In this document: in pieces, positions 33,125-42,871 of the stretch | How the letters are laid out: each line of letters opens with the position of its first letter | Numbering within the stretch: the first letter of the stretch is position 1 | DNA from: a virus | Taxonomy: Duplodnaviria > Heunggongvirae > Uroviricota > Caudoviricetes | IMG/VR virus record: IMGVR_UViG_3300042456_000759 | DNA: 64,000 nt | Reading direction: 5' to 3' (one strand) | The notes under the pieces: generated by a model | The model's input: the letters and a program-made list of their open reading frames with translations, nothing else | Database searches by the model: none | What the model was told of the DNA's origin: nothing | Made by a program: the position numbers and the translations under genes

Positions 33125-33664
33125 ATGACATCAATATTAAATCATTTAAAACAAATACTACCTCCTAAAATTGTTAGAGAAGCGTTAGCTTTATATGGTA
33201 TTATAGAAACGCCAGGATCTAAATCAAATCCAGTTATTGTAAATTGGGCTAAAGAAACTAAAAATAAAGCTGATGATTGGTATAATGCAGATTCTATTCC
33301 GTGGTGTTCTTTATTTATGATCGTTATAGCACAACGAGCTGATAAAGATAGTTCTATGGTAGATTTATCTGCTTTATCTTGGAGGAAGTTTGGTGGAGAA
33401 ATTGCTATTAAAGATGCTGCTTTAGGAGATGTTTTAATCTTTACAAGAAAAGGTGGAGGTCATGTAGGAATATATGTAGGAGAAGATAAAAACTTTTTTT
33501 ATGTATTAGGTGGTAATCAATCTGATCGAGTTAATATAGCTAAAATATCTAAGTCTAGATGTACTGCTGTAAGAAGACCAATATATAATATTCAACCTGA
33601 ATCTGTTAAAAAAATAATTGTAACAGACGGTAAAACAATAAAAGAATCTACAAACGAACAATAA
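33125..33664 (+). CDS. NlpC/P60-CHAP-type cysteine peptidase (TIGR02594-like), probable endolysin
   Basis: IPWCSLF (catalytic Cys), GDVLIF, GGGHVG (His), VLGGNQ. Confidence 0.85.
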   Translation: MTSILNHLKQILPPKIVREALALYGIIETPGSKSNPVIVNWAKETKNKADDWYNADSIPWCSLFMIVIAQRADKDSSMVDLSALSWRKFGGEIAIKDAALGDVLIFTRKGGGHVGIYVGEDKNFFYVLGGNQSDRVNIAKISKSRCTAVRRPIYNIQPESVKKIIVTDGKTIKESTNEQ

Positions 33665-33698
33665 CCTTCTCTATTTTGGTTAAATAGATATTATTACT

Positions 33699-34124
33699 AT
33701 GAGATTAACATTAAAAGTAGGATCATATTATAAAGAAAGATATGACCATAAGAGTAATTTTAATTTATTTAATTTTGTTTTAAAAGAATTAAATAAATAT
33801 AATATAACATATACTCCTATAAATCCAAGTTTATTATGTTGTACACAATCTTTATTTATTTTTAACGGTTATGTAAAAAAATCCACAAAAAAATTAAGTG
33901 GATATATTAACTTAACTAAATGGTTAGCCAAAGAACTTATTTCAAACGGTATTATGGTAGCAGAGACCTATCAAGTAACTTGTTGTCCAGAAAAACCTGA
34001 TGTATATGTACATTCAGATATTTTTCATTTTAAAAAAGTAGGAAAATTAAATAAATGGCTTTATACAAAATTAAATCAGTTAGATATAGATGTTTCTGAT
34101 GCATGTTGTGTACCTAATCCTTAA
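33699..34124 (+). CDS. Hypothetical structural protein with three CC doublets (141 aa)
   Basis: LLCCTQ, VTCCPE, DACCVP; located in the late operon. Confidence 0.5.
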   Translation: MRLTLKVGSYYKERYDHKSNFNLFNFVLKELNKYNITYTPINPSLLCCTQSLFIFNGYVKKSTKKLSGYINLTKWLAKELISNGIMVAETYQVTCCPEKPDVYVHSDIFHFKKVGKLNKWLYTKLNQLDIDVSDACCVPNP

Positions 34125-34126
34125 TA

Positions 34127-34483
34127 ATGAATATTGAAATTTTAAATAAACAAATGATTGTTAATAAACTATCAGCTGTCTTGGGTATTACAAAACAAGA
34201 TGCTGATTTTTTATATAGGCTTCTACCTTCCAGTTGTTGTCCTAAAGATTTTGTATTTAATATGTTTCGAGATGAGTTTATTAATCCTTTAACAGGTACA
34301 ACTGATTTTACTTTAACTTATACTCCTACAACAGGTTATCCTGAAGTAGTAACAAGAGGAGGTAAACAATTACTGTCATCTGAATATACTATAGCTGCTA
34401 ATATTTTAACTTTAATTAATCCTATTTCTGTAACACCTGGAGGAGCAGGTGGAGAAGACATTGCAATAACTTATTCATATTAA
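34127..34483 (+). CDS. Structural protein with C-terminal Ig-like/fibre domain (118 aa)
   Basis: C-terminal half is similar to the C-terminus of 34485..35315 (TLT..TP...V.R.G...YTI...GGAG.E.I.I.Y.Y). Confidence 0.5.
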   Translation: MNIEILNKQMIVNKLSAVLGITKQDADFLYRLLPSSCCPKDFVFNMFRDEFINPLTGTTDFTLTYTPTTGYPEVVTRGGKQLLSSEYTIAANILTLINPISVTPGGAGGEDIAITYSY

Positions 34484-34484
34484 C

Positions 34485-35315
34485 ATGAGCAATAATAGTA
34501 TTATAATTTCAACTCAATTAGAGAAATCTGCTAATCCAGGGTCTATTATTGTTACAGATAGTAATAATAAACAAAAATATATAGGTCCAGGTTCAAATGG
34601 ATATATTTTAACATCTAATGGACCTGGAAATGAACCATCTTGGCAAGCTTCTACATTAAATAGTAGTTTTACCATAACTGATGGTACTACAAGTCAAGTA
34701 GTAAATTCAGGAGATACATTAACAATTACTAGTGGAAACGGTATTACTGCTACTGTAAGTGCTACAGATTTATTAACTATTTTAGTTAAAATATCTACTG
34801 ATGCTAATAATGATATTACAATAGGAACAGATGGTGGTATTTATTTATCTAAGAATAATTTATTAACAAATGTTACTTGGAATGATGCTACTAATAATTT
34901 AGTATTAACATTTGATTCAGGAGCTACTGTTAATGTCCCTATAGTAGATAATATTGCTAACTTTCTTTTTGATTTTACAATTTCTGATGGGGTTAATACA
35001 GATCTATTAAATAATCATGAAACTTTATTATTTCATGGTACAAATGGAATAATACCTACAGTATCTTCTAATCGAATATCTTATGGTCTTAGAATTCAAA
35101 GAGATAGTTTTTTAGGTTTAACTTCTGGATCGACTGTAACATTAACTCAAACTCCTTTAGAAATATTATTTGTTTCGAGAAACGGTCAAATTAAATTACC
35201 AGGTGTAGGTAATGATTATACTATATCTGGAACAACTGTAACTTTTTCTACTTCTTTTGGTCCTTCTGTTGGAGGAGCAGGAAGTGAAAATATTCAAATA
35301 AATTATACATACTAA
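34485..35315 (+). CDS. Fibre/decoration protein (276 aa)
   Basis: T/G/S-rich beta repeats (FTITDG...DTLTITSGNGI; ISTDANNDITIGTDGGIY) typical of phage fibres. Confidence 0.6.
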   Translation: MSNNSIIISTQLEKSANPGSIIVTDSNNKQKYIGPGSNGYILTSNGPGNEPSWQASTLNSSFTITDGTTSQVVNSGDTLTITSGNGITATVSATDLLTILVKISTDANNDITIGTDGGIYLSKNNLLTNVTWNDATNNLVLTFDSGATVNVPIVDNIANFLFDFTISDGVNTDLLNNHETLLFHGTNGIIPTVSSNRISYGLRIQRDSFLGLTSGSTVTLTQTPLEILFVSRNGQIKLPGVGNDYTISGTTVTFSTSFGPSVGGAGSENIQINYTY

Positions 35316-36520
35316 TGGCAAACAATAGACTTATATTAAAAAACGATCTTGAAAAGTCATCTGTTGCTCAATCATTATTAAGTACAAATGTAAGTAATGA
35401 ATGTCAATTTTTAGCTCCTGGGTCTAATGGTACATTTCTTGGAATATCTGGTGGAAATTTAAGTTATTTATCATTAACTGCAAATAATGGATTAAATAAG
35501 TCCACAGATACTAATTGGCAATTAGGAGGTAATTTATTACAAAATACAACCATTACCAATAATGGATTTAATTTATTAATAGCAGGAACTACTACTTCTT
35601 CTTTTTTATCTGATGGTAGATTATTAATTAATAATAATGGTGTTGCTCCTGCAAACTTAAGTCCTTCAGGGGCATTAAGAGTTCAAATAGGAGATAATGG
35701 TAACCATTTAACATCAGGAGTATATATTAATGGAGCAAGTGGTAGCGTAGGTTTAAGAATGAATTTCTTGAATTATATACAATTAGGAGATGGTAATGTA
35801 GCAGGTGTTAATACTGCTAATATTAGAGAGGAATCAGGAGTTCTTGTTGTAAGAACAGGAAATAGTAATCCTTCTTTATCTTTATCTACAAATCCTTCAT
35901 TTTCAGCAGCTACAAGAATATATAATACCACAAACATTATTCCTCAACAATTAGGATATGCTCCTGATCAATTAGGAAATGCTCATTTTAATGTATGGTG
36001 TGCTTTAAATAGTATTGCTCAACAACAAACAGGAATAAGAATTATTAGAGGTGTACCTCCTACAGCAAATTATTTTACTCAATATATCCAATCTTCAAAT
36101 GCTAGTTTAGCATGGAATAGTGGAGTTCAAGGAGCAGGTAATAATGATGTTGGAGATGCAAAACGAATGGAATTAACAAATGATGGTAAATTAGGAATAA
36201 ATACCTCATCTGTACCATTATCAAACTTAGAAGTTAATGGATCTTTTGGATCTAGTATTACTACTCATAATTCACTTGATCCTACAATTACTGATGCTTA
36301 TACTCAATATTTTATTACAGGAGCTTCAGGTACGTTTACGTTAACTCCTGGAGCAGTTATAGGTCGTATATATAATTTAATTAATTATTCTGGGGTTAAT
36401 CTTACACTAACTAGTAATGTTGAAAATGGAAATGGTTCTACTACTACTACTTTAAATAGTAATGCCAGGTTTCAAATTCAATGGACGGGTGCAAAATGGA
36501 TTCTTTTAAATGGAGCATAA
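35315..36520 (+). CDS. Tail fibre-like protein (401 aa)
   Basis: G/N/S-rich. QLGGNLLQNTTI and RMELTNDGKLGINT...NLEVNGS fibre motifs; C-terminal G..YNLIN...W.LL cap. Confidence 0.7.
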   Translation: MANNRLILKNDLEKSSVAQSLLSTNVSNECQFLAPGSNGTFLGISGGNLSYLSLTANNGLNKSTDTNWQLGGNLLQNTTITNNGFNLLIAGTTTSSFLSDGRLLINNNGVAPANLSPSGALRVQIGDNGNHLTSGVYINGASGSVGLRMNFLNYIQLGDGNVAGVNTANIREESGVLVVRTGNSNPSLSLSTNPSFSAATRIYNTTNIIPQQLGYAPDQLGNAHFNVWCALNSIAQQQTGIRIIRGVPPTANYFTQYIQSSNASLAWNSGVQGAGNNDVGDAKRMELTNDGKLGINTSSVPLSNLEVNGSFGSSITTHNSLDPTITDAYTQYFITGASGTFTLTPGAVIGRIYNLINYSGVNLTLTSNVENGNGSTTTTLNSNARFQIQWTGAKWILLNGA

Positions 36521-38086
36521 ATGAAAAAATCATATACTATATTATTATTAACTTTATTATTAATAGTTTCTTGTCAAAAAACAGTTATACCAAATCTATC
36601 TTTTTTTAATAGTTCTTTTAATATAGAATCTATTAATGAACCTTCTGGTCCTATTATAGATATATTTGAATCTATTACTTCTCCAATTTTAATTGTTAGA
36701 AGAAATGCTACAGAATCAACTGCTGATTATGGAGTAGTAATACCTACATCTGTAAAAACTCAAGCTTTATTCTTCCCATTAGGAAAAATAAATGCTAGTG
36801 CTAATTCAGGAGCAGCAGAAATATTTCAATATGGTTTAGTTAATATATTAGGAGGTGTTCACATTAATAATGCCACTCGTTTAGGAGCGTGGGCTGTAAA
36901 TACAGCAGTTACTCAATATGGCTCATCATATAGAACTTCAGCATCAATTAATGGATATGCTCAATTTAAAACTACAGGACCTTGTACAGCAATTGGAGTA
37001 TATGATGTTGCTACAAGTTCTGTAAGTGGATTTTTAAAAGTATTAATAGATAATAATGCTACCTTAGCTAATATGTTACCTACAGCTCAACAATTTGTTA
37101 ACAATGGAACATTATCTTCAAGTTGTTTAACTACTAATGGTGGTTTATTAGCTCCAACAGATAGACTATTATATGGAAAAAGTCCTGGTTCTAATGCTAT
37201 ATTACCTATACATTCTGATTTAAGTTATTTTACTAGTAGTAGACGATTAATAATAGCTAATAATCTACCTTTAGATACTCATATTGTTAGATTTATAATT
37301 ACTCCATATTCTGCAATTAATAATTCTACTAAAACTGTTAGATTAACAGGTATTTGGTTTAATGATAGTTCTATAAATATAACAAAACCTGGAGTAAGTT
37401 TTGAACCTATATCAAATTCTAATTTGATGTCTACTAACTCTGATAATAATTTTGCGTTTTCTTTTATTCCACAAGGTTTAAGTGTAACTCAAGCAGAATG
37501 GTTAGGTCATTCTGGTTCTCAGTTTAAATCTACAACATCTATGTATAAAGACGGTTATTTATTAACTAGTGTCCCACAAGGTAATTATACACATTTATGT
37601 AATGAATTTAAATTTAATATAACAGGATATTGTAAACATTCTTTAATAGGAAAAGTTTCTACATATAGTCAATCTTATACTTTTACAGCTAAAGATGGTG
37701 TAAAAATTAATACTGTATATGTATGGGGTTATCCTGGAACAGCAACAGGATATTTACCACAACTTGCTGTAAATGAACCAGTTAATAAAGCTACTGCATG
37801 GGAAGCCAATCAAAATTATATATTAAATAATGATGATGAATCATATAAATATAATCAAAATGCAACTGCTGGATATATTTGGAATCCTTTAACTAGTTGG
37901 GGTATATTATGTGCTATTGGAGATACAACAAATCTTTTAATTCAAGATAGATCTGGAGGTATTATTAATAAATTATATTTTAGACGATATAATCAAAGTA
38001 TTGTAAATATAAATGATACTATTAAAGTTGAATCAGTTTATAAATTTAAAAAATTCACTAATGCTGATTTAGAATTATCTAAATAA
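36521..38086 (+). CDS. Predicted lipoprotein with beta-rich (carbohydrate-binding-like) body (521 aa)
   Basis: N-terminus MKKSYTILLLTLLLIVS-CQK gives basic n-region, hydrophobic h-region and lipobox Cys. Confidence 0.55.
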   Translation: MKKSYTILLLTLLLIVSCQKTVIPNLSFFNSSFNIESINEPSGPIIDIFESITSPILIVRRNATESTADYGVVIPTSVKTQALFFPLGKINASANSGAAEIFQYGLVNILGGVHINNATRLGAWAVNTAVTQYGSSYRTSASINGYAQFKTTGPCTAIGVYDVATSSVSGFLKVLIDNNATLANMLPTAQQFVNNGTLSSSCLTTNGGLLAPTDRLLYGKSPGSNAILPIHSDLSYFTSSRRLIIANNLPLDTHIVRFIITPYSAINNSTKTVRLTGIWFNDSSINITKPGVSFEPISNSNLMSTNSDNNFAFSFIPQGLSVTQAEWLGHSGSQFKSTTSMYKDGYLLTSVPQGNYTHLCNEFKFNITGYCKHSLIGKVSTYSQSYTFTAKDGVKINTVYVWGYPGTATGYLPQLAVNEPVNKATAWEANQNYILNNDDESYKYNQNATAGYIWNPLTSWGILCAIGDTTNLLIQDRSGGIINKLYFRRYNQSIVNINDTIKVESVYKFKKFTNADLELSK

Positions 38087-38104
38087 ACAATTTAAAATAA
38101 AAAT

Positions 38105-38137
38105 AAAAAAAGGGAAACAGAAATGTCTCCCTTTTTT
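38105..38137. terminator. Bidirectional intrinsic terminator between the convergent + and - halves
   Basis: aaaaaaagggaaac-agaaat-gtctccctttttt: hairpin flanked by A and T tracts. Confidence 0.85.
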
Positions 38138-38152
38138 ATTTAAAAATAAAAA

Positions 38153-39175
38153 TTATTGCACATCAGGTTCTTCAACTATTTCTTCACTATTATTTAGTTT
38201 ATTTTCTACTAATGGTTGTAAAACAGTAGATACATAATCTGGATTATTTTTTAAATATTCTACTACTTTTTTCTTTCCTGTTATACTTTCTTCAATATTA
38301 GGTAATGTATATTTCTTTCCAGAAATATTTATAATACCAAATTCTAATGCTAAATCACCACATTCACTAGCAGAATCAAATCCTTCTTTCCAATCATATA
38401 ATGTAACTCCAATTTTAAATGGAACACTCATTTTATTTTTAACAAAGTTGAATTTAATTTTATTTTTTCCTAACTCTCTATCAATTTCACTTCTTGTAAC
38501 CCATACTCGTACATGAGAATAAAAAGGAATAGCTGTACCACCACTAACTGTAATCGGATTACCAAATCCACCAATACTTTGTCTACTTTGTCGTAATAAC
38601 AATAAACATGTATTAGATTTAGGCATAAGATTATTAATTAATCTCATTTTATCAGAGTTTACACGAGCTTCTACACCCATTACAGCTGAATCTTCAAATT
38701 TAGATTGTGGAGCAAAAGATGTGACTGAATCTACTACTATAACACCAAATTTATTAGATTCAATAGCTTTTCTTAAAACATCATACATATCTTCTAATGA
38801 TTCAATTTTAGAAGACTTATTATTCATAACAATAAGTTTTTCATTATCTATTCCCATTGCTGCTCCATAATTAGGAGAGTAAGAATCTTCTTTATCAATT
38901 AATAAAGCCCATTCTCCAAATTTCTTCTGACAATTACCAATTAAATCATATCCTAATGTACTTTTACCAGCAGAAGGATCTGCATAAATATCATATATTT
39001 TTTTCTTTGCTACTCCTCCAATACCACTAGCATAATTAAAAGAAAAAGAAGATGAAGGAATGATATCTCCATAAGGTTCTTTATCTATACCTAATAAGAC
39101 AGTTCCTTTTCCAAAAAGTTTCTCTAATTCTTCAATCATGCTTTCTGCTTGTGCTGAATATTTCTCTTTACTCAT
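38153..39175 (-). CDS. recA: RecA-family recombinase
   Basis: P-loop ADPSAGKST, Walker B VIVVDSVT, GGTAIPFYSHVRV and VKNKMSVPF RecA motifs. Confidence 0.9.
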   Translation of the reverse strand: MSKEKYSAQAESMIEELEKLFGKGTVLLGIDKEPYGDIIPSSSFSFNYASGIGGVAKKKIYDIYADPSAGKSTLGYDLIGNCQKKFGEWALLIDKEDSYSPNYGAAMGIDNEKLIVMNNKSSKIESLEDMYDVLRKAIESNKFGVIVVDSVTSFAPQSKFEDSAVMGVEARVNSDKMRLINNLMPKSNTCLLLLRQSRQSIGGFGNPITVSGGTAIPFYSHVRVWVTRSEIDRELGKNKIKFNFVKNKMSVPFKIGVTLYDWKEGFDSASECGDLALEFGIINISGKKYTLPNIEESITGKKKVVEYLKNNPDYVSTVLQPLVENKLNNSEEIVEEPDVQ

Positions 39176-39189
39176 ATTATTATTTTAAT

Positions 39190-39197
39190 CAAAAATA
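39190..39197 (-). promoter_or_regulatory. Bacteroidota-type -7 promoter element (TATTTTTG) upstream of recA
   Basis: Matches TAnnTTTG on the - strand, 15 nt before the ATG and just downstream of a terminator. Confidence 0.45.
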
Positions 39198-39210
39198 CTA
39201 TTAAAAAATG

Positions 39211-39238
39211 AAAAATCCCCATATTTCAGGGGATTTTT
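39211..39238. terminator. Intrinsic terminator after the MazG-like gene
   Basis: aaaaatcccc-atatttca-ggggattttt, a perfect 10 bp inverted repeat. Confidence 0.8.
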
Positions 39239-39243
39239 TGTTA

Positions 39244-39786
39244 TCATTTTTCTAATTCTTTTCTTTCTTCTTCTATATTTCTATTCAATGCAGAATGTTC
39301 TGAAAACTTATCAGGAAATCTAACTTTAAGTTTATCTATATTATTCTGCAAAGCAGAATAAACATCTCCGCCTACTTCCTCAATATCACCACAAATTATA
39401 TCTATAATCATTCTTAATGAATTAATCTCATTATTAGGATCAAGAGGTTTTTTATAAGCTATAAACTTTTTAACATAATCTGCAAGTTTAGATGCATGAA
39501 TTTCATATGGAGTCACTTCTGTTTCCCAGGCTTCTATAACAACATCGTTTCTGTTATTATAAATATCTTCTAAATCAAAATTACGAAACGTACAATAATT
39601 AGCTATATACCATAAAACATCAGCTGATTCTTCAATTATATTTATTTTATCATGATTTACTATAGCTTTTAAGAATTCTTCTTGTTCAGAAATAATTCCT
39701 AAAATCATATGAGATAAATTCATCTCTAATGAACCTAAATCAGCACAGGTTCTTTTAGCATTGGATTGATACTCTTTAAATGTCAT
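39244..39786 (-). CDS. MazG-like NTP pyrophosphohydrolase
   Basis: EYQSNAKRT, LGIISEQEEF, EESADVLWY and NIDKLKVRFP pattern of the all-alpha NTP-PPase family. Confidence 0.8.
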   Translation of the reverse strand: MTFKEYQSNAKRTCADLGSLEMNLSHMILGIISEQEEFLKAIVNHDKINIIEESADVLWYIANYCTFRNFDLEDIYNNRNDVVIEAWETEVTPYEIHASKLADYVKKFIAYKKPLDPNNEINSLRMIIDIICGDIEEVGGDVYSALQNNIDKLKVRFPDKFSEHSALNRNIEEERKELEK

Positions 39787-40141
39787 TTTCTATTATATTT
39801 ATTAATTTTTCTATTTTTTGTATTACTTCTAATGTATCATCTCCTTTAAAATAATCTGAAGATACTATAATACATTCTCTTTCTTTTAACCAACCTTTGT
39901 TAATGGTCCATTCTCCGTATAATCCTCCATATAATTTTTCCTGAAGAAATATATTTGCAGATAAGAATTCGATTGAATTACTAGTAATATTATTTGCTTT
40001 TAATAAACTATAAAATTCATTCATTTCTTTTCCATCTTTAAATTCAATCCAATATTTAGAGTAGTTATTATCATTTAAATGATTTTTCTCAATATTTGGA
40101 TATAAATCCATATATGCTTTTATTTTATTAAAATTAAACAT
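39776..40141 (-). CDS. Hypothetical protein (121 aa)
   Basis: ORF coupled to both neighbours. Confidence 0.55.
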   Translation of the reverse strand: MFNFNKIKAYMDLYPNIEKNHLNDNNYSKYWIEFKDGKEMNEFYSLLKANNITSNSIEFLSANIFLQEKLYGGLYGEWTINKGWLKERECIIVSSDYFKGDDTLEVIQKIEKLINIIENDI

Positions 40142-40142
40142 T

Positions 40143-42068
40143 TTATTTTATTGGACAAGATCCATTATCACAATCTTGTAATTCAAATGAGTTATCATCT
40201 AAATTAACATTTGTAATAGGAGTTATCAACTTAATTTCTTTTTCATATGTTTCTTTAGAAATTGTTTCATAAGGAGCTTGAAGAAAACCATGACCTTGTT
40301 GTAATAAGAATGATACTGTTTTTATTTCTGAGTTAAAATATTTGTATAAATATTCTTTTAATTCAGGAAGTTCTTCTTTATTATAATAAACTGTACAACT
40401 TACAGAATTATCACTCCATTCTGCTTGAAGTCTTCTAACCATATCTAATTGTTCTTTAAATGAGAAATTAGATGCTACAGGTGTAGTTTCTGGTACTTTA
40501 CAAGGAAATGTAACAACCATTGTAGTTTTACTTTGACTATTATCAAACTCTATAGCAGGTTCAACATGATATCCGTGTTTTCTACATAAATCAATTAAAG
40601 GAGATCCTGTAGCCATTCTTACTCTTCTATAATAATAAGGTCCAGCAGGATTAGGATGTACTCCAGGAGTTACTCCAGCTAATAAAGACAATGTTCCAGA
40701 AGGTTTAACAGTTGTTAATTTAATAGATTCAGGGAATCCATTTAATTCAGAATATTGTTTATCATATTCTCTTAAAAATACATATGCTTCTTTTAACCAA
40801 CTTCTTTGTTCTTCAGTAGCTTGTAAGATTCCTGTCATACCAATTCCCATTCTCATATTTTTATGAACAACATCTTCTGTTTCTTTTAAAGAACATGTTA
40901 AACTTAAAGAATGTTTATTTACTCGATATGTATAAGTTAAAACATCAAATAATTCTTCTTTAGATGTTATATTAGGTAAATAAACTTCACTTAAACAACA
41001 AGTCTCAAAATTATTTAATCCTTGTTCACCACATGGATTAAATCCTTCTACATTTGGATCTGGATATTTTGTTTCTCCAGTTCTACCACAAGAACGTGCT
41101 AAATCCAAATTTATCAATCCATAAGGTTCTCCTTGCTCATATGTATCCCAAAACTCTTGAGGTAATAATTTTAAGTTTGAAGGAGTATAAATAGAATTAT
41201 TACTCATACTTCTCCAATTAGGTATTGGTCCTAAATCCCAACGTTTAGCTGTTAAAAATTCTATATCATCAAAATCACCAATAGCAATTTCTGCACTTCT
41301 TCTAACATTACCACTTACAACAATATATCCTATGATATTCATAATATCAAGACAATCTATAGGTCTTAATTTTTTATTACTACGATTATTTAATATTTTA
41401 TGAATTTCATTTATTCCCCAACATAAATCTTCTGGTCCAGAAGAAGTACCACCAAAACCTTTTATAGGAGCACCTTTACCCCTCACACATATAGTAGAAT
41501 AAGAAAAACTCTCACCTGAGTAAAAATGAGCTTTTAATACTTTTCCTAAAAGTTTAACCCATCCTTCTCGTGTATCAGGAACAATAAAATCAGCATCTTT
41601 AGTATCTTTTCTTTCAATTTTAATTTTATTCTTTAATTTAGGTAATTGATATACATTTTCTTTTTGAATGTTAAAACCAACCCCTGAACCTAACATTAAC
41701 ATTTCAAATGCCCAAGTAAATGGTCTAATAGGTTGATTTACAGTTACATAAGAACAATTTTGTAAGCTAGGTAAACCTAATTTATCAACAGTTTTGGTTC
41801 CTAATTGCCACATAAATCTACCTGCTGTACTAAATTTAAGTCCTAATCTATATCTTGCGTATTGTTCTTCTTCTTGAGGCGTAAATTTAATTTTTAATTG
41901 TTTTTTACAAGCATCAAGTTCTCTTTCAATGACTTGAAAGAATTCTTCAGTCTTTGAATTAGGATCATCTTCTTTTAATTTTCTAGCATATGTTCTTTTA
42001 AAAACAACGTAACCTATCTCTCCAAAAGGAGTTATAACCTCCTTTGATAATTTTTCTATATCTACCAT
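40143..42068 (-). CDS. nrdJ: Class II (adenosylcobalamin-dependent) ribonucleotide reductase, monomeric RTPR-like
   Basis: NCSYV, GNVRRSAEI, NPCGEQ (thiyl Cys), CCLSE, TTVKPSGT, and C-terminal CxxxxC (DCDNGSCPIK). No class I beta subunit nearby. Confidence 0.9.
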   Translation of the reverse strand: MVDIEKLSKEVITPFGEIGYVVFKRTYARKLKEDDPNSKTEEFFQVIERELDACKKQLKIKFTPQEEEQYARYRLGLKFSTAGRFMWQLGTKTVDKLGLPSLQNCSYVTVNQPIRPFTWAFEMLMLGSGVGFNIQKENVYQLPKLKNKIKIERKDTKDADFIVPDTREGWVKLLGKVLKAHFYSGESFSYSTICVRGKGAPIKGFGGTSSGPEDLCWGINEIHKILNNRSNKKLRPIDCLDIMNIIGYIVVSGNVRRSAEIAIGDFDDIEFLTAKRWDLGPIPNWRSMSNNSIYTPSNLKLLPQEFWDTYEQGEPYGLINLDLARSCGRTGETKYPDPNVEGFNPCGEQGLNNFETCCLSEVYLPNITSKEELFDVLTYTYRVNKHSLSLTCSLKETEDVVHKNMRMGIGMTGILQATEEQRSWLKEAYVFLREYDKQYSELNGFPESIKLTTVKPSGTLSLLAGVTPGVHPNPAGPYYYRRVRMATGSPLIDLCRKHGYHVEPAIEFDNSQSKTTMVVTFPCKVPETTPVASNFSFKEQLDMVRRLQAEWSDNSVSCTVYYNKEELPELKEYLYKYFNSEIKTVSFLLQQGHGFLQAPYETISKETYEKEIKLITPITNVNLDDNSFELQDCDNGSCPIK

Positions 42069-42128
42069 TTTTCTATTTTTTGTAAAATTAAATAATTAGA
42101 ATATAAGATACAACTTATTTCTAATATT

Positions 42129-42470
42129 TTATACAATTTCTTCTAATTTATTTAAGATTAAATCTAGATTCTTAAAAAACGTAAGATTAAGACTAGGAAT
42201 AAGGAGAAGTTTAATATTATCTTTCTTCAAGTAGTCTATCATTGATACTTTACTAGTATCTCTTCTAAACCAATATAATGTTTTTCTTTTAGCTGAAATA
42301 GCATAAACAGTATGATTTCCAGCTAATATATCTTCTTTTATATCCAAATATTCTTTTAAGCCTGGTCCTACTTTTGTTCGATAACCTTTATTAATTCGTT
42401 TAACATTCAAACCTTTTAAAGAGGCTACTTGATCTAATTCTTTTAAATTTTCAACTAAATAACATTCCAT
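42129..42470 (-). CDS. Hypothetical protein (113 aa)
   Basis: ORF track; fits the operon. Confidence 0.5.
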   Translation of the reverse strand: MECYLVENLKELDQVASLKGLNVKRINKGYRTKVGPGLKEYLDIKEDILAGNHTVYAISAKRKTLYWFRRDTSKVSMIDYLKKDNIKLLLIPSLNLTFFKNLDLILNKLEEIV

Positions 42471-42482
42471 AATTATAAAATA

Positions 42483-42517
42483 AAAGAAAAAAGTAAGAAT
42501 TAACTTACTTTTTCTTT
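42483..42517. terminator. Intrinsic terminator-like hairpin overlapping the stop of 42500..42871
   Basis: aaaaagtaag-aattaa-cttacttttt. Confidence 0.55.
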
Positions 42518-42871
42518 ATTAATTTGAGGACTATATAATATTTCTATTCTAGAAGGTTTTTTTCCTGTTTTATGTGTGTATTTTACTATTTCAGTATTTT
42601 CATCTGTGATTATATATATTTTTTTATAATATCTAGATTTACACCATCTAAAAAAGTCACTTGCATCAGTTCCTTTAAAGTTAAAGGCTTCATAATGAAC
42701 AGTTTCTCCTTCTTTTATCTTATTATATAATTCTTTAGCTTTTTTTTTATTAAATTGATCTTTTTTTGAACATGGAATTATAGTAATTGCCATGTTATCA
42801 TTGATCACTTCACCAAAAATAGCTAATCTTTGATTACTTTTATTAAAATATTTATATGTTACGTATGTCAT
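42500..42871 (-). CDS. Hypothetical protein (123 aa)
   Basis: ORF with ATGA overlap to the upstream gene. Confidence 0.55.
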   Translation of the reverse strand: MTYVTYKYFNKSNQRLAIFGEVINDNMAITIIPCSKKDQFNKKKAKELYNKIKEGETVHYEAFNFKGTDASDFFRWCKSRYYKKIYIITDENTEIVKYTHKTGKKPSRIEILYSPQINKEKVS

